Shown here one piece after another: positions 38,555 to 51,323 of a DNA stretch of 64,000 nucleotides. Position 1 is the first letter of the stretch; each line of letters opens with the position of its first letter. Origin of the DNA: Longimicrobiales bacterium (GTDB lineage Bacteria; Gemmatimonadota; Gemmatimonadetes; Longimicrobiales; Gaopeijiaceae). The DNA is taken from contig OZ250165.1 of the NCBI GenBank assembly GCA_965238005.1, forward strand, positions 96,001 to 160,000, read 5' to 3'. Both the position numbers and the translations under genes were made by a program. A model generated the notes under the pieces. The model did not search any database. It was not told where the DNA came from and was given only the letters and a program-made list of their open reading frames with translations.

Positions 38555-39402
38555 CCCTCGACTTCGACCTCGGACGAGGGAGAGGCGAAAGGGCGGCGGG
38601 CCACATCCGCCAGGACCCGTGCGAGGATGTCGAGACGGTCGGTCTGGAGGCCGTCGACACCCCAGTCGAGGAGTCGTCGCATATCCCCCTCGTCGTCCAC
38701 CACCCATACGTGGACGGCGACGTTGAGGCGATGGGCCTGGGAGATGAACCTCGGTGTCACCACCCGCAGACCACGCCAGCGCTCGGGCACCTGAAGGACA
38801 TCGAACCTGGGTCGCAGCGTCCCCATCATCCGTGCGTGGCTGGCACACCAGAACCAGGCGATGTCCCGCCGAGAGGCACCCCACGGCCCCGTGTAGCCAT
38901 GAGCGTCATTGCGCCAGGCTTCCACCTCGGCCGCCACCAACACCCGATGCGTGGCGTTATGCCGGCGGATCACCTCCAGGAGGGGGCGTGCCACGTCCGG
39001 AGACTTCGTCTCCACGTTCACCCGTGTGTCCGGAAAGGCGTCGAGGACCTCCTCCAGGGAGGGCACGCGAATACCCTTTCCCCGGAACGACGTCTCACCG
39101 TCGAGGTCTCGGAAATGGAAGCCCGCGTCAAGGGCCTTCACCTGCTGCCACGACATGGAGGCGATGGGCCCGATTCCGTTACACGTCCGATCCACCGTCG
39201 CGTCGTGGATCAGCACGACCTTGCCGTCGGCGGTCAGGTGCGCGTCGGTTTCGAGCATGTCGACACCCCACCCCTCCACAGCTAGTCGGAATGCCGCCAT
39301 GGTGTTTTCCGGGGCCATGTGGCCCCCGCCCCGGTGGGCGATGAAGAGCGGACTGCCAGCCAGGTAGGAATGGCCTGGTCGCCGCCTTTGGAGTGAGGCC
39401 AC
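38551..39402 (-). CDS. Glycerophosphodiester phosphodiesterase
   Basis: IAHRGG, PENTMAAF, ETD, HD, GVDGLQTDR. Confidence 0.9.
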   Translation of the reverse strand: MASLQRRRPGHSYLAGSPLFIAHRGGGHMAPENTMAAFRLAVEGWGVDMLETDAHLTADGKVVLIHDATVDRTCNGIGPIASMSWQQVKALDAGFHFRDLDGETSFRGKGIRVPSLEEVLDAFPDTRVNVETKSPDVARPLLEVIRRHNATHRVLVAAEVEAWRNDAHGYTGPWGASRRDIAWFWCASHARMMGTLRPRFDVLQVPERWRGLRVVTPRFISQAHRLNVAVHVWVVDDEGDMRRLLDWGVDGLQTDRLDILARVLADVARRPFASPSSEVEVEG

Positions 39403-39414
39403 GGGTCCGACGAT

Positions 39415-39930
39415 TCAGGACGCTGACGCCCCGTCCCTGAAGCCCTCTACGTCGGCCGGGTCGACCCCGTGGAGACGAAAGAGCACCAGGTCGAGGAGCC
39501 GGTCGGTCAGAGCCAGATCCCGCTCCGTCCGTAAGGCGTCCTCGTCTTCGGGGTGCTCCTTCGGGTCCTGGAGCGCCACGACACGCTCGGCCAGGAACCC
39601 CACCACCTCTTCCACGACTTCCGGTCGGGGATTAGCGGGAGCCAGGGAGTCGGGCATGACCTGCTCCAGGAGCAGGCCACGGACATAGGCGAGGAATCCG
39701 GGGAACGTCAACTCGGACAAGGGCTCTCCCTCGACCTGCTCCTCATCTGTGATATTCTCCCAGGCGAGCTCGTTCACGTATAGCTCGGTGGCCCCGGCCT
39801 TGAGGTGTTCTCGCTCGGAGTCTGACAGCTCAGGGCCGTCGGACGGAGTCGGAACCGTGAGCTTGCGGCCCAGCGCCCGTGCCAATTCCTCTCTTCGTTC
39901 ATCGAGCAATGCCTTGGCTCGATAATCCAT
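39415..39930 (-). CDS. Hypothetical acidic protein
   Basis: GAGGAG RBS, MDYRAKALLDERREEL...; fits operon orientation. Confidence 0.7.
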   Translation of the reverse strand: MDYRAKALLDERREELARALGRKLTVPTPSDGPELSDSEREHLKAGATELYVNELAWENITDEEQVEGEPLSELTFPGFLAYVRGLLLEQVMPDSLAPANPRPEVVEEVVGFLAERVVALQDPKEHPEDEDALRTERDLALTDRLLDLVLFRLHGVDPADVEGFRDGASAS

Positions 39931-40029
39931 ATCGCAGACTCCTCGAGGTCGTTGGGATGAGCGCCCCACCGGGGCAACTTACGGACCGTCGTAGCCCGGC
40001 CGCTACTCCGCACTACGCGGTCGTGAGAC

Positions 40030-40797
40030 CTACTCCCGCCTGTCCCGGCGTATCCGCGCCGCCAACCGGTCGTACAGGCCGCGGGGTAGCGCTTGGCCCG
40101 CCCAGACGGCGGAAGAGAGGGGCACAGGGAAAAGCAGTGAAGGACGACGGGTGGCGATGGCTCCGTACATCCGCTCCACGGCGTCGTCGAGTTCGACTAG
40201 AAAGGGCCTCTTGTCCACGTACTTCGACGTCTCGGAGGCGCGCACGTACCCTGGCGAGATCACGGTGACGTGCACCGGATCGTCCTTCAGGTCGAGCCGA
40301 AGACTCTCGAAGAAGATCCGGAGCGCCGCCTTCGATGCCGCATATGCCGCCGTCTTCGGAAGGCCTCCGAATCCCGCTAGGCTGGACACGGCCACGAGAT
40401 GGCCTCTCTTCCGCTCCAACATGCCGGGGAGCACTGCCTCCACGGCGTAGACGGCACCAAGAAAGTTGACCCGCATGAGGCGTTCGACATCTTCCGCCAC
40501 CAGGCGATGGGTATCGGTGCCCTCGCTTACCCCGGCGTTGGCCACGAGAAGGTCGACGGGCCCCAGGGCTTCCTGGCACGCTCGCGCGGCCCGGTGCATG
40601 GCTTCCGGATCCGTAACGTCGCACGCCAACGCCCGAGCCTTCCCACCACGGGCCTCGATCTCCTCCTTCACGGCCTGAAGAGCGTCCTCACGGCGTGCCG
40701 CCAGCCCCACGGAGTACCCCTGCCGGGCCAGGCGCAGGGCCAGTGCGCGACCGATCCCGGATGAAGAACCTGTGACCAGAGCTACGGTGGAGCTCAT
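40030..40797 (-). CDS. SDR-family oxidoreductase
   Basis: TGSSSGIG, ANAG, YAASK. Confidence 0.92.
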   Translation of the reverse strand: MSSTVALVTGSSSGIGRALALRLARQGYSVGLAARREDALQAVKEEIEARGGKARALACDVTDPEAMHRAARACQEALGPVDLLVANAGVSEGTDTHRLVAEDVERLMRVNFLGAVYAVEAVLPGMLERKRGHLVAVSSLAGFGGLPKTAAYAASKAALRIFFESLRLDLKDDPVHVTVISPGYVRASETSKYVDKRPFLVELDDAVERMYGAIATRRPSLLFPVPLSSAVWAGQALPRGLYDRLAARIRRDRRE

Positions 40798-41765
40798 CCG
40801 CCACCCCGGAGATCCCGCTCCCACGCGCCGAAGGCCACCTCGTAGTACCTGGGATTGAACATGGCCCACTCGCCCAGGGACTCGGGGACCGAATAGGCTC
40901 GGGCCGCTTCGGCCACCGGGATCCCGGCCTCCACCGCCCGAGTGGCCGCCATTCCCACATCCTCAAGGAGATCCACGTAAGGGGCGAGCCCGGCCAGGTC
41001 GGACGTGTCACCGTGACCGGGCACGTAGAGCACCTGAGGGTCGACGAGGATCTCCCGTACGTGGCGGATCAGGCGCGTGGGGCGGGCGTCACGATAGTTC
41101 GGGAAGAGGCCGTTCCAGACGAGGTCGCCACACCACACGACCCTGGGATGGTCTATCTCCACCGTAACGTCACTGGAGGTGTGTCCCTCACGAACGGTGA
41201 CGCGAACCACCCGACCGCCCAAATCGATCTCGGTGACCCTCTCCGTATCCGCGATGATCAGGTTGGGGAGCAGCCGCTCCCGCTCCTCGCCTGCGAGAAG
41301 CCGATGGGTCTCGTGGGTGGTCAGGACCCGCAGCTCACCGGGCCGGGCGCGGTATCCGCTCTGCCCCACCGAGTGGTCACCGTGATGGTGGCTGAGCACC
41401 ACATGGGTAGGCCGGCGGCCGGTGAGTCGCTCCGCGGCGTCACCCACCCATGTTGCCCCCTCGACGCTGGCCAATCCCTCCACGGCCAGAATCCCATCGC
41501 GGCCCACGATGAAACCGCCGTTGGAGAGCGTCGTGAAGTCTCCCTCCTTCAGAGGCGTCGAAACCACCACCCAGACGCCCTCGGCGATCTCCTCGATGCG
41601 ACCCCACGGCTCCACGGCCCGGACCACGCCTCTGGGCGACCCCGCGAAAGCCTCGCGCACGAAGGAGGGGGCAAAGTTCAATGCCAGCAGGAAGTGGGCG
41701 CCACACGACGCGGAGTGCTGGAGGAACCGGCGCCGGCTCGGACCCCTCGATGGCGAAACGGACAT
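40794..41765 (-). CDS. MBL-fold metallo-hydrolase with Tat signal
   Basis: SRRRFL, SHHHGDH, GHT, GD, PGHG. Confidence 0.88.
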   Translation of the reverse strand: MSVSPSRGPSRRRFLQHSASCGAHFLLALNFAPSFVREAFAGSPRGVVRAVEPWGRIEEIAEGVWVVVSTPLKEGDFTTLSNGGFIVGRDGILAVEGLASVEGATWVGDAAERLTGRRPTHVVLSHHHGDHSVGQSGYRARPGELRVLTTHETHRLLAGEERERLLPNLIIADTERVTEIDLGGRVVRVTVREGHTSSDVTVEIDHPRVVWCGDLVWNGLFPNYRDARPTRLIRHVREILVDPQVLYVPGHGDTSDLAGLAPYVDLLEDVGMAATRAVEAGIPVAEAARAYSVPESLGEWAMFNPRYYEVAFGAWERDLRGGG

Positions 41766-41949
41766 GAGTGCCTCAGGCGATCTCTGGTTATGCTGTGGCT
41801 AGCCTAGGGTGGTGTCCCAAAAACACAATGACAGTACTTCCTGTCGGCGTGATACGGACCTCCTGACGTCGCGCGCGGTTTCTGCTGGGCGACCAAGATG
41901 TCGACCGGAAGCCAAGCGGGCAAAGCCTCCTCCACGGAAACGCTGATTA

Positions 41950-42590
41950 CCGAGTGAAACGTAGTCCCCTCGGACGTTTGTCACGTATGCGATGGCTCCG
42001 TCCGGCTAATCGCGACGCCGAGGGGTCCATCATCTACAGGTATTGAGGCATCACCGTGTTCGACGCAACGTCGATCACAGAAACTGTGTTTGAGTCTATG
42101 TTCGTCACGTAGGCGCGGCGGCCGTCGGGAGTGATCGCCACCTCACTGGGAAAGCGGCCTACTGAGATTGGAGCGCCAAGGATCGTGTCTGTGGTAGCGT
42201 CGATCACGGAAACACCGCCACTGAACAGAAAGAGCGACATAGACACGCGTGCCGTCAGGTGTGATGGCAATGCCCTGTGGTCGGGGGCCCATTGGGATGG
42301 GAGCGCCAGCCAACGCGTCAGTGGCGAGATCGACCACCGAACATCTCGGCTGCCGATATGGGAAACGTACGCGCGTTGCCCATCGGGCGTGATCACAATG
42401 CCAAAGGGACCATCGCGTGCCGGGATCGACTTGACGACCGCGCTCGTGCCCAGGTCGATCACCGTGACGTCGTTGCTTGCCCAGTTGGTCACATAGACTC
42501 GGCTGCCGTCCGGTGTGATCGCAATGCTCGAAGGAGCCTCGCCCACCTCGATCGGCGGGCCAACCACGGTGCTCGTGGCTACGCGTTAGA
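41950..42590 (-). pseudogene. Degraded YVTN beta-propeller gene
   Basis: Repeated ITPDG..AYVTN..VSVID units spread over several frames. Confidence 0.8.
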
Positions 42591-42726
42591 AGCTCGCCGA
42601 ACAGCGTACGTATCTTTATACCGTGAGTATACGTACGGAGGCTTCATCACACAGCGGTCACACTGGCCAGGAAAATCGGCCCCCCGAGAGAACCCGAGAG
42701 GCCGTTTTCCGTTGTGGCGCCTAGAA

Positions 42727-42800
42727 TAGCGGAGGAGGGACTCGAACCCCCGACACGCGGATTATGATTCCGCTGCTCTAACCAGCTGAGCTACTCCGCC
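42727..42800 (-). tRNA. tRNA-Met(CAT), elongator-like; CCA not encoded
   Basis: GGCGGAGTAGCTCAGCTGGTTAGAGCAGCGGAATCATAATCCGCGTGTCGGGGGTTCGAGTCCCTCCTCCGCTA. Confidence 0.92.
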
Positions 42801-43008
42801 CCCATGTTTTCGTGCCCCGAAAGCTGAAAGGAGACCTCAGGGGTGTCAAGACGGATCCCGGCCCCCTTCGTGCGGCATTCGTAATGTGGATCCGAAGATG
42901 CTCGGGCACGGTTCCGGCGAGTCATTTCAGGGGTGAAGGGGTATTCTTCCAGGCACGTAGTCTACGTGCGACACGACAACAGTCATTCCTGGCAAGAGGG
43001 GTCGTCTC

Positions 43009-43992
43009 ATGGACTTCGGAGCCTTTCTAATCCCCGCAGCCGTCGTAGCGGGAGTGGCCCTGCTCTCCAGCCTCCGCGTCCTCTACGAGTACGAGCGGGG
43101 AGTGGTCTTTCGCCTCGGGAAGCTCACCCGGGCCAAGGGCCCCGGTCTCATCTTCCTGGTCCCCTTCGCCATCGAGCGCATGAAGAAGATGGACCTCCGC
43201 ATCGTTGCGCTGGACATCGCACCCCAGGACACCATCACGAAGGACAACGTCAGTGTTAAGGTGAACGCGGTCGTGTACTTCCGGGTGGCGGACCCGGCCA
43301 AGGCCGTGGTGGAGATCGAGGACTACTACTTCGCCACGAGCCAGCTCGCCCAGACCACCCTCAGGAGCGTCATCGGACAATCGGAGCTCGACGAGATCTT
43401 GGTGGAGCGTGATAAGATCAACGATGTCGTCTGCCGGATCATCGACGAGGGGACGGACCCCTGGGGGATCGAGGTCACGTCCGTCGAGGTCAAGGACATC
43501 GACCTCCCTCACGAGATGAAGCGCGCCATGGCCAGGCAGGCCGAGGCAGAGCGGGAGCGCCGCGGCAAAGTCATCGCCGCCGCCGGCGAGGCCCAAGCCG
43601 CGGCGAAGCTCGCCGAGGCGGCAGAGATCATCCAGCACTATCCGGTAGCCATCCAGCTCCGGTTCCTGCAGACGATGGTCGAGATCGCGGCCGAGAACAA
43701 CTCCACGACGGTGTTCCCCATCCCCATGGACCTGTTCCAGCCCCTCGTCGAGGCCGGGGCGCGTTGGAAATCCGGTGAGCGACCCTCGCAAGAGGTGTTG
43801 AACGCAGCCAGCGAGGGAGCGGCTCTACCGGCGGGCGCCGATCAGGCCATCCTCGCCGAGGCCGCGAAGGCGTTCCTGGGCATCGGAAGTGGCAACCCGG
43901 CCTCCGAGCCGGCTACGGTCTCTGCCGAGTCGGATGGATCGGACGAGGACACCGGGGGCCCCGACACCGGGGCCCCCGAGGAGGACGCCTAG
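43009..43992 (+). CDS. SPFH/stomatin (slipin) family protein
   Basis: [40 protein letters not shown]. Confidence 0.92.
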   Translation: MDFGAFLIPAAVVAGVALLSSLRVLYEYERGVVFRLGKLTRAKGPGLIFLVPFAIERMKKMDLRIVALDIAPQDTITKDNVSVKVNAVVYFRVADPAKAVVEIEDYYFATSQLAQTTLRSVIGQSELDEILVERDKINDVVCRIIDEGTDPWGIEVTSVEVKDIDLPHEMKRAMARQAEAERERRGKVIAAAGEAQAAAKLAEAAEIIQHYPVAIQLRFLQTMVEIAAENNSTTVFPIPMDLFQPLVEAGARWKSGERPSQEVLNAASEGAALPAGADQAILAEAAKAFLGIGSGNPASEPATVSAESDGSDEDTGGPDTGAPEEDA

Positions 43993-44088
43993 ACAGGCGG
44001 CTGCGGGACGGCTCGCCGGACGAGGACGTTCGGCTGCACGGGGACGCCTTGCCACTTCACCGGCCGAGGCCCCCTGGAAGATATCGCT

Positions 44089-46496
<2,408 letters not shown>

Positions 46497-46503
<7 letters not shown>

Positions 46504-47516
46504 GGGGCCTCCCTGGGCGTGAAGTGATCGAATCCACCCCCGCTCCCACCCCCGCCGAGGGATTTCCACCCGTCGATATGCACGCCCTCGCCCTCGAGCA
46601 CACGGCCAACATGCGTGAGCGGCGTCTCGAACCGCTCGCGGAATGCTTCGACCAGAGGACTCATGGCACCAGGAGCAGACGCGATGCAGAGCTCGTAGTC
46701 CTCCCCTCCGGACAGGGCGAGGTCGACATCGCCAACGTCCAGCTCAGGGTGGATCGGTATCAGATCGGACTCGATCTCGATGCACACCCCGGACGCCGCG
46801 GCCAGATGGCCCGCATCCCCCGCAAGGCCATCGGAGAGGTCTATCATGGCGTGCACGTCGCCGTGCTCGGCGAGCCATTGGGCCTCTTGGATACGGGCGA
46901 CGGGTCGCGCGAATGCCTCACGCAGCCCGCGGCCCGGCTCCGTGCCGGCATTCCATGCGCGAACGGCTCCGGAGCTGCCACCCAGGACGCCCGTCACCCA
47001 GATCTCGTCGCCGGCCACGGCTCCCCGGCGCATGACCGGCTCGGTCGCCTCCCCGAGCACCGTGACGTCGAGGACGACCGGTCCGGGTGAGGCCGTGAGG
47101 TCCCCGCCGACCAGGGCCATCCCGAGATCCCTGAGAGCGCTGCGGATGCCGTTGCCCAGCTCCGCCGACACGGCCTCAGCCTCGTCCGCCGATACGGCCA
47201 GAGAGATCAGTACGCCTACAGGTCTGGCAGCCATGGCCGCGAGGTCGCTGGCGGCCACCGTAACCGCGCGAAAGCCCACCTCCTCGAGTGAGATCCACGA
47301 TCTGCGAAAGTGTACGTCCTCCACCGACAGGTCCGTGCTCACCACGAGTCGCCCTGTCTGCAGCACGGCCGCGTCGTCTCCGGGACCCACGAGCACGGCG
47401 GGACCCAGGTCTTCCGACTCACCGAGTAGGGCCCGGATGAGATCGAACTCTCCTCCCGGACCCATGGGCGTGGTCCGGTCCGCTCCCGAGTCCCCGGGGG
47501 GGCGCGCCATCATCAC
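46497..47516 (-). CDS. thiL: Thiamine-monophosphate kinase
   Basis: EFDLI, GPGDDAA, SDLAAM, GGD, DLSDGL, GGEDYEL. Confidence 0.93.
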
Positions 47517-49141
47517 CTGGCGGCGTCCTGGTCGAAGATCACGAAGGGCAGACCCAGATCGGTCTCACCGGGGCCGTCTTCCTCCCACACGGCGGGAAGC
47601 TCCTCGATGACGTCGGACGGGGTGAGGCCAGGGCCCTTGTCCGCCCTGATCGCCGCCCTGCCTGTCATGTAGAGAGCGAGGGCGCCTGCTACGTCCGGCG
47701 CGGAGCCCTGGGCGAGAAGCGCCCCGGCCACACCCGTGAGCACGTCCCCCATCCCCCCGGCGGCCAGATCAGAGGTGCCCACCGTGTCCACCCAGCACGT
47801 GCCGTGGGGGGGCACGACGATAGACGGCAGGCCCTTGAGAAGAACGGTGGCACCCGACTGGGCCGCGAAGGTCCTGGCGGCCGACATCCTGTCTTCCGCA
47901 ATGGTCTCCCCCGACAGGCCCGACAGGCCCTTCATCTCGCCGAGATGGGGCGTCACCAGCACGTCCCGTCCCTGGGCCCAACTAGCCACGCCGGGACCCT
48001 CACCGGAAGCCGCCAGATTCAACGCGTCGGCATCCAGCACCGTCGGACGGCCGTCGGTGGCCTCGAGAATCACCTCGAGAAGCGCCGCCCCTTCGGCCCC
48101 GTCTCCCAAACCGGGACCGGCGGCCACGGCGTGTGAGGCCGCCGCCGCCTTCCTCACCGCCTCCGGGTCATCGCCGGGAACGAAGACAGCCTCGGGAACC
48201 GACCCCTGAATGATCTCCCGGTTCTCCGCTGCCGAGGCGACACGAAGGAGGCCTATGCCTGCGCGCAGGGCTGCCCTGGCCGCCATTACCGCCGCCCCCG
48301 CCATGCCGGACCGGCCGGCAACGAGAAGTAGAACACCCACCCGGTTCTTGTGTGTGTCAGGCTCCCTGCGCGGTCGCCGCTCGGACGCCCACGCAGGCGT
48401 CACCGCCGCCGCCCCAAACGCGCTCTCGCCGGCGGGCGGGAAACCGATCTCCACGGCGATCAACCGCCCGACATTGGTCCTGGCGGGCTGTAGGAAGGTG
48501 CCAAGCTTCGGCCAGCCCAGGGCCACGGTCACCTGCGCAGCGACGGCCTCCCCGTCGATCCGCCCCGTGTCCGCATCGATGCCGGAGGGTGCGTCCAGCG
48601 CGAAGACCGGGCGCGGGGATCGGTTGATGGCCTGGATCGCCATGGCCTGGCGGGCCCGGGGCGCTCCCTTTATGCCGGTGCCGAGGATCCCGTCTACGAT
48701 AACGGCGGCGTCGCCCAGGACGGAGTCAAGCAGCCGTCTGTCGCCTGACCCGCCGCTGGGAGCACCCCCGCTGGGAGCACCCCCCGTCCCGTCGTCCCCG
48801 CCGTCGCTCAGGAGTGGCACGTCCCAGCCATGGAGCAGCGGATCGTCCTCGGGGCGATCGGCGACGAGCACGGCCTTCACGGGTCGACCCCAAGAGCGCA
48901 GCGTTCGGAGAAGCACGAGACCGTCGCCTCCGTTGTTTCCCGCCCCGATGAGCGCCACGGCCTCGCCTCGCGGGAAGAGGCGATCGAGGACCTGTGCGGC
49001 GGATCGCCCTGCGCACTCCATCAGGGTGACCTGGGGCACGCCCTGCTCGTCGATGGCCATGCGGTCGAACGCGGCCGCCTCCGCCCCGGTCGGAGCCCAC
49101 ACGCGTGGTCCTCCGAAGGGCCGGATAGGGATCCCCGTCAT
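47513..49141 (-). CDS. nnr: Bifunctional NAD(P)H-hydrate epimerase/dehydratase
   Basis: GAGNNGGDG, DGILGTG, GPGLG, LDADAL, TPH, GGMGDVL. Confidence 0.92.
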   Translation of the reverse strand: MTGIPIRPFGGPRVWAPTGAEAAAFDRMAIDEQGVPQVTLMECAGRSAAQVLDRLFPRGEAVALIGAGNNGGDGLVLLRTLRSWGRPVKAVLVADRPEDDPLLHGWDVPLLSDGGDDGTGGAPSGGAPSGGSGDRRLLDSVLGDAAVIVDGILGTGIKGAPRARQAMAIQAINRSPRPVFALDAPSGIDADTGRIDGEAVAAQVTVALGWPKLGTFLQPARTNVGRLIAVEIGFPPAGESAFGAAAVTPAWASERRPRREPDTHKNRVGVLLLVAGRSGMAGAAVMAARAALRAGIGLLRVASAAENREIIQGSVPEAVFVPGDDPEAVRKAAAASHAVAAGPGLGDGAEGAALLEVILEATDGRPTVLDADALNLAASGEGPGVASWAQGRDVLVTPHLGEMKGLSGLSGETIAEDRMSAARTFAAQSGATVLLKGLPSIVVPPHGTCWVDTVGTSDLAAGGMGDVLTGVAGALLAQGSAPDVAGALALYMTGRAAIRADKGPGLTPSDVIEELPAVWEEDGPGETDLGLPFVIFDQDAAR

Positions 49142-49270
49142 GACCTTCCGCCGCACCGGGCCAACCCGCGGGCAGGCCGGGTCGAGCTCGAGTTCAGTGG
49201 TGGCAGGTCCGACGAGAAGAGGCGGCTGGCGGGCACTGAACGCCGGTCAGGCCGGACAGGAGGAAGGGAC

Positions 49271-49468
49271 CTACTTGTAGCTCTGGCCGATGCTGCGTCC
49301 CAGCGAAATCTCCCCATTATCGATCCGGATGTTGAACCCGCAGTCAGGGTTGGAGCACACCCAGGCCTTATAACGGATAGCAGCACCGTCGCGTCCATAA
49401 TCCGAAAGGGGTAACAGGATCCCCGGTTCGCACTTCAGGCAAGTAGGAAACCCAGATTCTTCCGGCAT
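49271..49468 (-). CDS. Small putative Zn-ribbon protein
   Basis: CLKC...WVCSNPDC; GGAGGGG RBS. Confidence 0.75.
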   Translation of the reverse strand: MPEESGFPTCLKCEPGILLPLSDYGRDGAAIRYKAWVCSNPDCGFNIRIDNGEISLGRSIGQSYK

Positions 49469-49588
49469 GTCCAAACCCCTCCCCACAGCGTTATGAGTTT
49501 GGCGAGCCCCCTGCCGGCGAACCGGCAGACGTGCAGGCGCCGCTCCGTTGTCGTGCTCAACATCGAATGTGGCCCGAAGGCCGATCCT

Positions 49589-49969
49589 TCAGATCCCCGG
49601 ACTCCAGGGATAATTTTGCTCGAATGCTTCCTCGAAGTCGAAAACGTCACGGAAGTCCTCGGGGCTGTCCCCGTCCTGCCTGATCAGGACACCACAGTCG
49701 ACGAGCGCGAAGACGATGTCGCCCAGATCTTCGGTCGTGTGGATACCCCAATGCTGCAAAACGGTCCTGGCCATGGGTCCGAAGCGATCCAAGGCGAGAC
49801 GACGGACCCCGTCGGCGAGCTCCTGGCCCGAGATGTGCCGAGGCTCATCCAGCCCTTCCATCACCTGGTGGAGTGACGAAAGCAGAAAGAGGTACGCCTT
49901 CCCGTGGAAACGGGGGTGCTTTTCTTGGAGCTGATCCAAGACCTCTTCGGCAAATTGAAGCTCGGTCAT
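49589..49969 (-). CDS. Minf_1886-like family protein
   Basis: AYLFL, RHISGQEL, FGPMARTVLQHWGI..TEDLGDIVFALV. Confidence 0.8.
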   Translation of the reverse strand: MTELQFAEEVLDQLQEKHPRFHGKAYLFLLSSLHQVMEGLDEPRHISGQELADGVRRLALDRFGPMARTVLQHWGIHTTEDLGDIVFALVDCGVLIRQDGDSPEDFRDVFDFEEAFEQNYPWSPGI

Positions 49970-50028
49970 AGGGGAAATGTTACGCGCTCGTCGTCCTGGC
50001 GCCAGGCTGGCCCGGACGCTAGTGGCCG

Positions 50029-51288
50029 CTAGACCCGTGCTGCAAGCTCTTGATAGAGCGGGAATGCCTGGCACATCTCGTCGATCTTCCGGCGAACACC
50101 GCTGATCATGTTTTCGTCGGTCGGGTCGGCCAGCACGGTGACGATCCAATCGGCGATCTGTCGCATGTCGGCTTCACGAAGCCCCCGGGTCGTCACGGCA
50201 GAGGTCCCGATGCGGAGTCCCGAGGTGACGAACGGGGACCGGGTCTCTCCCGGAACCGTGTTCTTGTTGACCGTCATCCCCGCCAGCTCCAGAGCCTTTT
50301 CTGCCTCCTTGCCTGTGAGCTCTTCGTGACTCTTGCAAAGGTCCACGAGAAGCAGGTGGGTGTCGGTGCCCCCGCTGACCAGGAAGAGTCCATGCTCCAA
50401 CAAACCCTCGGCGAGGGCCCGGGCGTTGGCGACGATCTGGCGCTGATAGCTCTTGAAGTCGGGCTGCAGCGCCTCCCTAAACGCCACCGCCTTCGCGGCG
50501 ATGATGTGCATCAAGGGGCCTCCTTGCGTGCCCGGGAAGACCGACTTGTCAATGGCCTTCGCGTGCTCCTCCTTACAGAGGATGAGCCCACCCCTGGGTC
50601 CCCGCAGCGTCTTGTGGGTCGTCGAGGTCACCACGTCGGAGTGGGGCACAGGACTCGGATGGAGCTCGCCGGCCACGAGCCCCGCGATGTGGGCCATGTC
50701 TACCATCATGCAAGCGTCCACCTCTCGTGCGATCTCGCCGAAGGTCTCGAAATCGAGGATGCGAGGATAAGCGCTCGCCCCCGCCACGATCATCTTCGGG
50801 CGCGCCTCTAATGCCTGCTCACGGAGGGCGTCGTAGTCGATTCGCCCATCGGACTCGCGAATCCCGTACGCCACCACTTCGAAGAGCTGGCCGCTGAAGT
50901 TCACGGGCGATCCGTGGGTCAGGTGGCCCCCGTGACTCAGGTGCATTCCGAGGATTCTATCCCCGGGCTCCAGGAAGGCGAAGTACGCCGCCATGTTCGC
51001 CTGAGCTCCGGAGTGGGCCTGAACGTTGGCGTGATCGGCCCCGAAGAGCTCCATGGCACGACTACGGGCGAGCTCTTCCGCCACGTCCACGTGCTCGCAA
51101 CCGCCGTAGTACCGCTTGCCCGGAAGCCCCTCGGCGTACTTGTTGGCCATAACGGTCCCCATGGCCTGCAGAACGGCCCGGGAGACGAAGTTCTCGCTGG
51201 CGATGAGCTCGAGCTGGGAGGACTGGCGCTCCGCCTCGGCTCGTATGGCCTCGAAGATCTCCGGGTCTGTGCTTTTCAAGTGGTCCAT
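50029..51288 (-). CDS. glyA: Serine hydroxymethyltransferase
   Basis: [32 protein letters not shown]. Confidence 0.97.
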   Translation of the reverse strand: MDHLKSTDPEIFEAIRAEAERQSSQLELIASENFVSRAVLQAMGTVMANKYAEGLPGKRYYGGCEHVDVAEELARSRAMELFGADHANVQAHSGAQANMAAYFAFLEPGDRILGMHLSHGGHLTHGSPVNFSGQLFEVVAYGIRESDGRIDYDALREQALEARPKMIVAGASAYPRILDFETFGEIAREVDACMMVDMAHIAGLVAGELHPSPVPHSDVVTSTTHKTLRGPRGGLILCKEEHAKAIDKSVFPGTQGGPLMHIIAAKAVAFREALQPDFKSYQRQIVANARALAEGLLEHGLFLVSGGTDTHLLLVDLCKSHEELTGKEAEKALELAGMTVNKNTVPGETRSPFVTSGLRIGTSAVTTRGLREADMRQIADWIVTVLADPTDENMISGVRRKIDEMCQAFPLYQELAARV

Positions 51289-51323
51289 GGCGGCTCGAAG
51301 CTATCGACGGAGGTGGATCGGGA

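Noticed and set aside
48754..48785. 15-bp duplication in nnr (GGAPS x2)
   Set aside because: Short in-frame loop duplication; unremarkable.
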